A stretch of 64,000 nucleotides of DNA, from assembly GCF_009914755.1 (NCBI RefSeq), contig NC_060934.1. One strand, written 5' to 3'. This stretch comes from the human T2T-CHM13v2.0 reference genome, Homo sapiens. Each line of letters starts with the position of its first letter. Positions within the stretch are counted from its first letter, which is position 1. The translations under genes and the position numbers were made by a program. The notes under the pieces are model-generated. The model did not search any database, was not told the origin of the DNA, and worked only from the letters and a program-made list of their open reading frames with translations. Of this stretch, positions 59,131 through 64,000 are shown piece after piece.

Positions 59131-59429
59131 CTAAGTTAGGTGTGGATTTCACGTTGAATGATTAGTTTTACAAAAGAGGCAGTCACCATAAAATATTTGA
59201 TAAAATGTTGCCTTTTTTAATTGCTTGAGCAATGTTACCTTTTTTGATCGCTTGAGCTCAGGAGGTGGAGGGTTCAACTTGATAATAAGTGGCATCCTTA
59301 TTATTATCATCATTATCCTTATTTTATCATAGAACTTTTTATGGAGCTCTAGATACAGATTAGTTAAAAAAAATTAAATAAAGTAAATAAATAAAAAAAG
59401 ACTGCTCTCCAAAACAGTTTATTTTCCTA

Positions 59430-59794
<365 letters not shown>

Positions 59795-61499
59795 CTAAAT
59801 TAGAAGTTACAAGTTATTTCCATAATAAAATCTGGACATAAATGTCTAAATACCAGTCATTGTTCATACCACGCTTTTTAAATTCTTATTATTTCCAGGG
59901 CATCAAAATATCTGCCTTTACTGGGAGTACTTTGTATTTTCTATCAGCAAAATCAGGATACCAAAGCAAAAAGAAACTTCAGCCTGTGTGCAACCTAGGG
60001 ATTCTGTAACTTTTCCAAAATAAGTAGATGAATTCTCCAGTTATCTAGCACGAGTAAATTTCCTTGAGGACTCATGTTTTATCTTAAAAATTTATATGAG
60101 TTTCGTATTATTCTCTTTAATACAGACACATGTTTGATATAAAAAATGATTCCACACAATCTTCAACCAATATTAACGTTTCAAAAGGTGATTCATATCA
60201 CTCTTGTAGCTATACAACCCCAGCTGTATGGTTGTAGATGTTATAAAATCCAGATAAGTTTAAACCAGCAGAGATAAGACCTCTGTTCCTGAAACCTGAG
60301 TGGGCAGTATCCTTTCTACCCCTTTGTTGGAGTCAAGTCCAAGGTAGAAATACTCAGGATGGTGAAACAATTTGTTTGGATCCTATGGCACCCGGTTACA
60401 GAGCCAAGACATCAAACTAGAATTCCTCACCCCGGCCCTATAGCCTGAGAAGCTACATAGCATCATAGCAAGAGTCTTTTAAGCTTTTTTGCCACTCAAG
60501 GGGATTCCCCATCCCAAGAAATATTTCTGGATCACAAGAACCTGTGGAGAATATGATTAAAGAAACACAGGCAGCTGTGGCCCTCAACTTTTCCTGGCAA
60601 CTAATAGTACCACCAGGAAACAAGCCAGAAGAAGGAGCCAGGCAAGAATTCAAAGACTGCTGGGAAGAAAAAAGCATTTGCTAAGAGTTTGGCATCTTGC
60701 TTTGCAGCTGCTGGATGGATTGCACTTGGGGAGTTAGGAAGACGCGATCTGTGGACAAACCTATGTAGTTCATAGAGAAATCACTTCATAGAACCACAAA
60801 TCTTTTTTTGTCTTGAAGTCACATATTTTTAATAACTGAGTTTTGCTCTTCAGGTATTTCTTAGTCTTACTTCAGTTTTAAAGAAAACTCAAGGGGAAAA
60901 AATGATTCATTGAAATAAAATACTTTTTATTTATATTTCTTAGCCGAAGAAAAAGATGGTATTCATTTTTTTATGGCCTGCTGCAAGGAAAGAAAGATAA
61001 GGCAAAACACATCTGACATGGTTTGACATAGCTCTCATTAAAGAAGCTATATTAGTAGATGACAGCTTTCCAGAAATATAGTGAAATGCAGAGAAAAATA
61101 GGTGAAATTGGGTCACTTGAAAAAAAGAGACACTCTATGTATGTCAGTGGTTTTCTTTTCTCAATTTCTGTTCTAAGATGCTAGAATTTTTATTCATGAA
61201 CATCACTGAATGTTTTTGAGACATCAGCTCAAGTGCATGGCAATTGCCTTGTATATGTAATCATCAAAATAAGATTTCTTTTATAAATGACATCCTTAAT
61301 TTACTCTTCTAAGTAACACATTTTCATTTAAATTCCTGAAACTATAATAGTGTTTCTAATTTAATGAAATAATTTCTTCCCTTCATTGGAGAGAATTACT
61401 GAAAATACTGAATAAAATATCTTATACTAATTTGCTGTAATTTCTTTTTACTAATTAATTCCCTAATTATTTCAATGCTACATAAGACCATGAAAATCC

Positions 61500-61538
61500 A
61501 TAGATGGATAGATGGATGGATGGGTGGATAGGTGGATG

Positions 61539-61582
<44 letters not shown>
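61500..61582. repeat. (GATG)n/(GATA)n tetranucleotide STR
   Basis: Direct reading; about 11 consecutive GATA units. Confidence 0.95.
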
Positions 61583-62428
61583 CCACAGAAAGATTCTTAA
61601 TAGATGAAAGAATCAGATGGATAAATAAATGAAAATCTGCAAAGCTACAATTCACTTGGGCATTTGTAAGCCTGAATTATGACATTTTAAGGACATATGT
61701 CTTAAGTATTCTGATTCTTTTCTTCTGTTACCTCTTGAAGAGACTACTCTACTGACAGTACCAACTGTTGAATAATTTCTTCCTTGTGACATTGGTTAAT
61801 TGTTCTGCGTTAAAATAAATACTTAAGCCTTTCTATTGTGAAAACAAATAATAGAAACTTTAATTTTAGCAATAATTAGTGCTTCACAGTAAAAATTAAT
61901 TCATTCAATTACAAGATTATCTTTTCCACCAATTCCTTTTAGTGTATTCTTTTCTAGCAAACATACCAAACAACTAAACTAAATTAGTTTATTATTATGG
62001 CATATTCTGGTTTATAACTAATACTAGAGTTATTTGTGATTGTAAGAAAATTAAAATGTAAAATTTTCAGAGACCAAAAACATTAACAATCTAGAGAGTA
62101 TGAATGTAAAGAATGTATTATAAATGATGGTAGTAATCGTGCTTTTTGTTATTTTATTAGAAGTGAACAATCAATGGTATTTTTAGTTTGAAAATGGATT
62201 AAGATTATTTTACTATATGATCTTGTGGTAATCCCTTTATAAAAACTTCCTTAATAGAAACAAAGTAAATTTTAATGCAAAATTCATACATCCTGTCTTA
62301 CATCACATAGTAAGTGAATATAGGGTCAGAATTATTCTATGTCTATACTTTCTACTTTCAGCTAATTACTACATTTGTATTCTAATTAACATAATACTTA
62401 AAATTACTATAGATGAGATAAATTTTAA

Positions 62429-62779
<351 letters not shown>

Positions 62780-64000
62780 CCCCAAACTTTTTTTTAACAC
62801 TGAGACTGCACCAAATGTGATTCTTGGGACAGCCTTTGAAGGAGAAATGATATTTGCTTCGTAAAAAGAAGAAAATACTTTCTTTTACAAAAGTAAAATA
62901 AATTTGTTATAATTATTAAAATTTATTGTGCACCTAGATTTGTAATAAGATTTAATCCTCCCAAAAGTGTATCAGATTTTATCTTGTTTAATGTTGGAAT
63001 TTATGTTATTTCCTTTTTTTTTTTCTCAGTTTTTCCCTTGGTGTTGTCCTTGAAATATCTCACTGTGATCCAGTAGCTTATAAGTGGACTTGAATCCTGA
63101 ATATGTATAAGTTTAATATGGAGAAAATTTGACGTAGCATGAGAGTAGATACTGAACATTGAATTTAGTCACAAGTAATCTCAAAATGTTTAATTTATTT
63201 GTAATTGTGATTGTCAATTCAAAAATTTATCATATTTTTCATGAAAAGCAGGATAGCACTTCTTCAAAAGAAGCAGGGTCCATTCTTGTAGAGGAAAGAG
63301 TAAGTACCCCATACTTTTAGAGGATCGTAGCCTCAACTGTGTTCAGTGGAGACTGACTAAGAACAGTAAAGACAAAACTTAGACCAAGATAGGTGACTTG
63401 TGCTGGATGGATCTGAGGAAGGGACGCAAGGATCTCTGGGGAAAAGCTGTGAAGGTACAAATACCAACTCATTGTAAAGAGTTTCTGACACTCACAGGTA
63501 CTCAGAGATGCAACAGGCTTCCTGAGTGATGAGCTCTTCATTACCAGGGTACTTAAGTACACAAGAAGGCCCCATTATCAAGGATTTCTTAGAGGATATT
63601 TTGACAGTATATGGGGTTCAACTAGAATTAATTTTAGTTTCACCTGTCCCTATAAATCTAGGGTATTCTGATTCCACAGTATTGTATATGTTTCATGAAG
63701 AAGCAAAAACTGCAAAGTGAACTAGAAGGCATGTGTGTGCATACTTACAGTTAATGGAGGAAACTTTTTGTTGTTATTATTGGTAACCCAACGGCAAAAA
63801 TAAGACACAAACACAAACAACAAAGAAGTCTATAGTTCTCCTATTTAGAGAATAGAATGAGTTAATAATTACAGGAAATGACCACAGCCCTTTTATGAAA
63901 GTTGGTAGTATTGGGTAATGTCTCAGATTTCATGCTCAGGTTACTGCAGAGCAAGCAAGGCTCAGGTTTACCTTTAGTGGAAAGTCTGCCTAAAAACAAA

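Noticed and set aside
60469-60684. 71-codon open + frame with coding-like composition (possible pseudogene or cryptic exon)
   Set aside because: No protein similarity I recognise, and no convincing splice sites, poly-A tail or TSD. A tblastn/PhyloCSF check would settle it.
63290-63310. Consensus-like donor AGA|gtaagt
   Set aside because: An isolated site is expected by chance; no supported upstream acceptor or PLXDC2-like peptide.

Overview
AT-rich, Alu/L1-dense primate (almost certainly human) DNA lying wholly inside PLXDC2 (plexin domain-containing 2) on the + strand. Four coding exons were read by hand, each with AG/GT boundaries and mutually consistent phases: 17960-18020, 23712-23862, 25352-25390 and 51689-51849. 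They probably correspond to exons 10-13 of 14 and encode the end of the PSI domain, a Thr/Ser-rich stalk, a 39-nt linker exon and the transmembrane helix. Everything else is intron: about 24 Alu copies or fragments, L1/L2/MIR relics, a MER11 solo LTR carrying a nested L1, THE1/MST/MLT1/MER21 LTRs, DNA-transposon fossils and microsatellites. Apart from the ORF overlapping exon 11, the ORF track is noise. The most unusual structure is a complex templated insertion at 39407-39720. It is a ~266-bp inverted copy of sequence 0.56 kb downstream, preceded by an abortive 17-bp copy and bracketed by a 17-bp target duplication. This is a template-switch repair scar, and it creates a ~98%-paired RNA stem in the pre-mRNA. 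Also notable are an unidentified 125-nt hairpin beside exon 10, a miniature twin-primed L1, a 44-bp dispersed duplication, and splice features that could remove the transmembrane exon. I found no evidence for a new protein-coding system. Repeat subfamily names and old-repeat boundaries come from recalled consensus sequences and are approximate.
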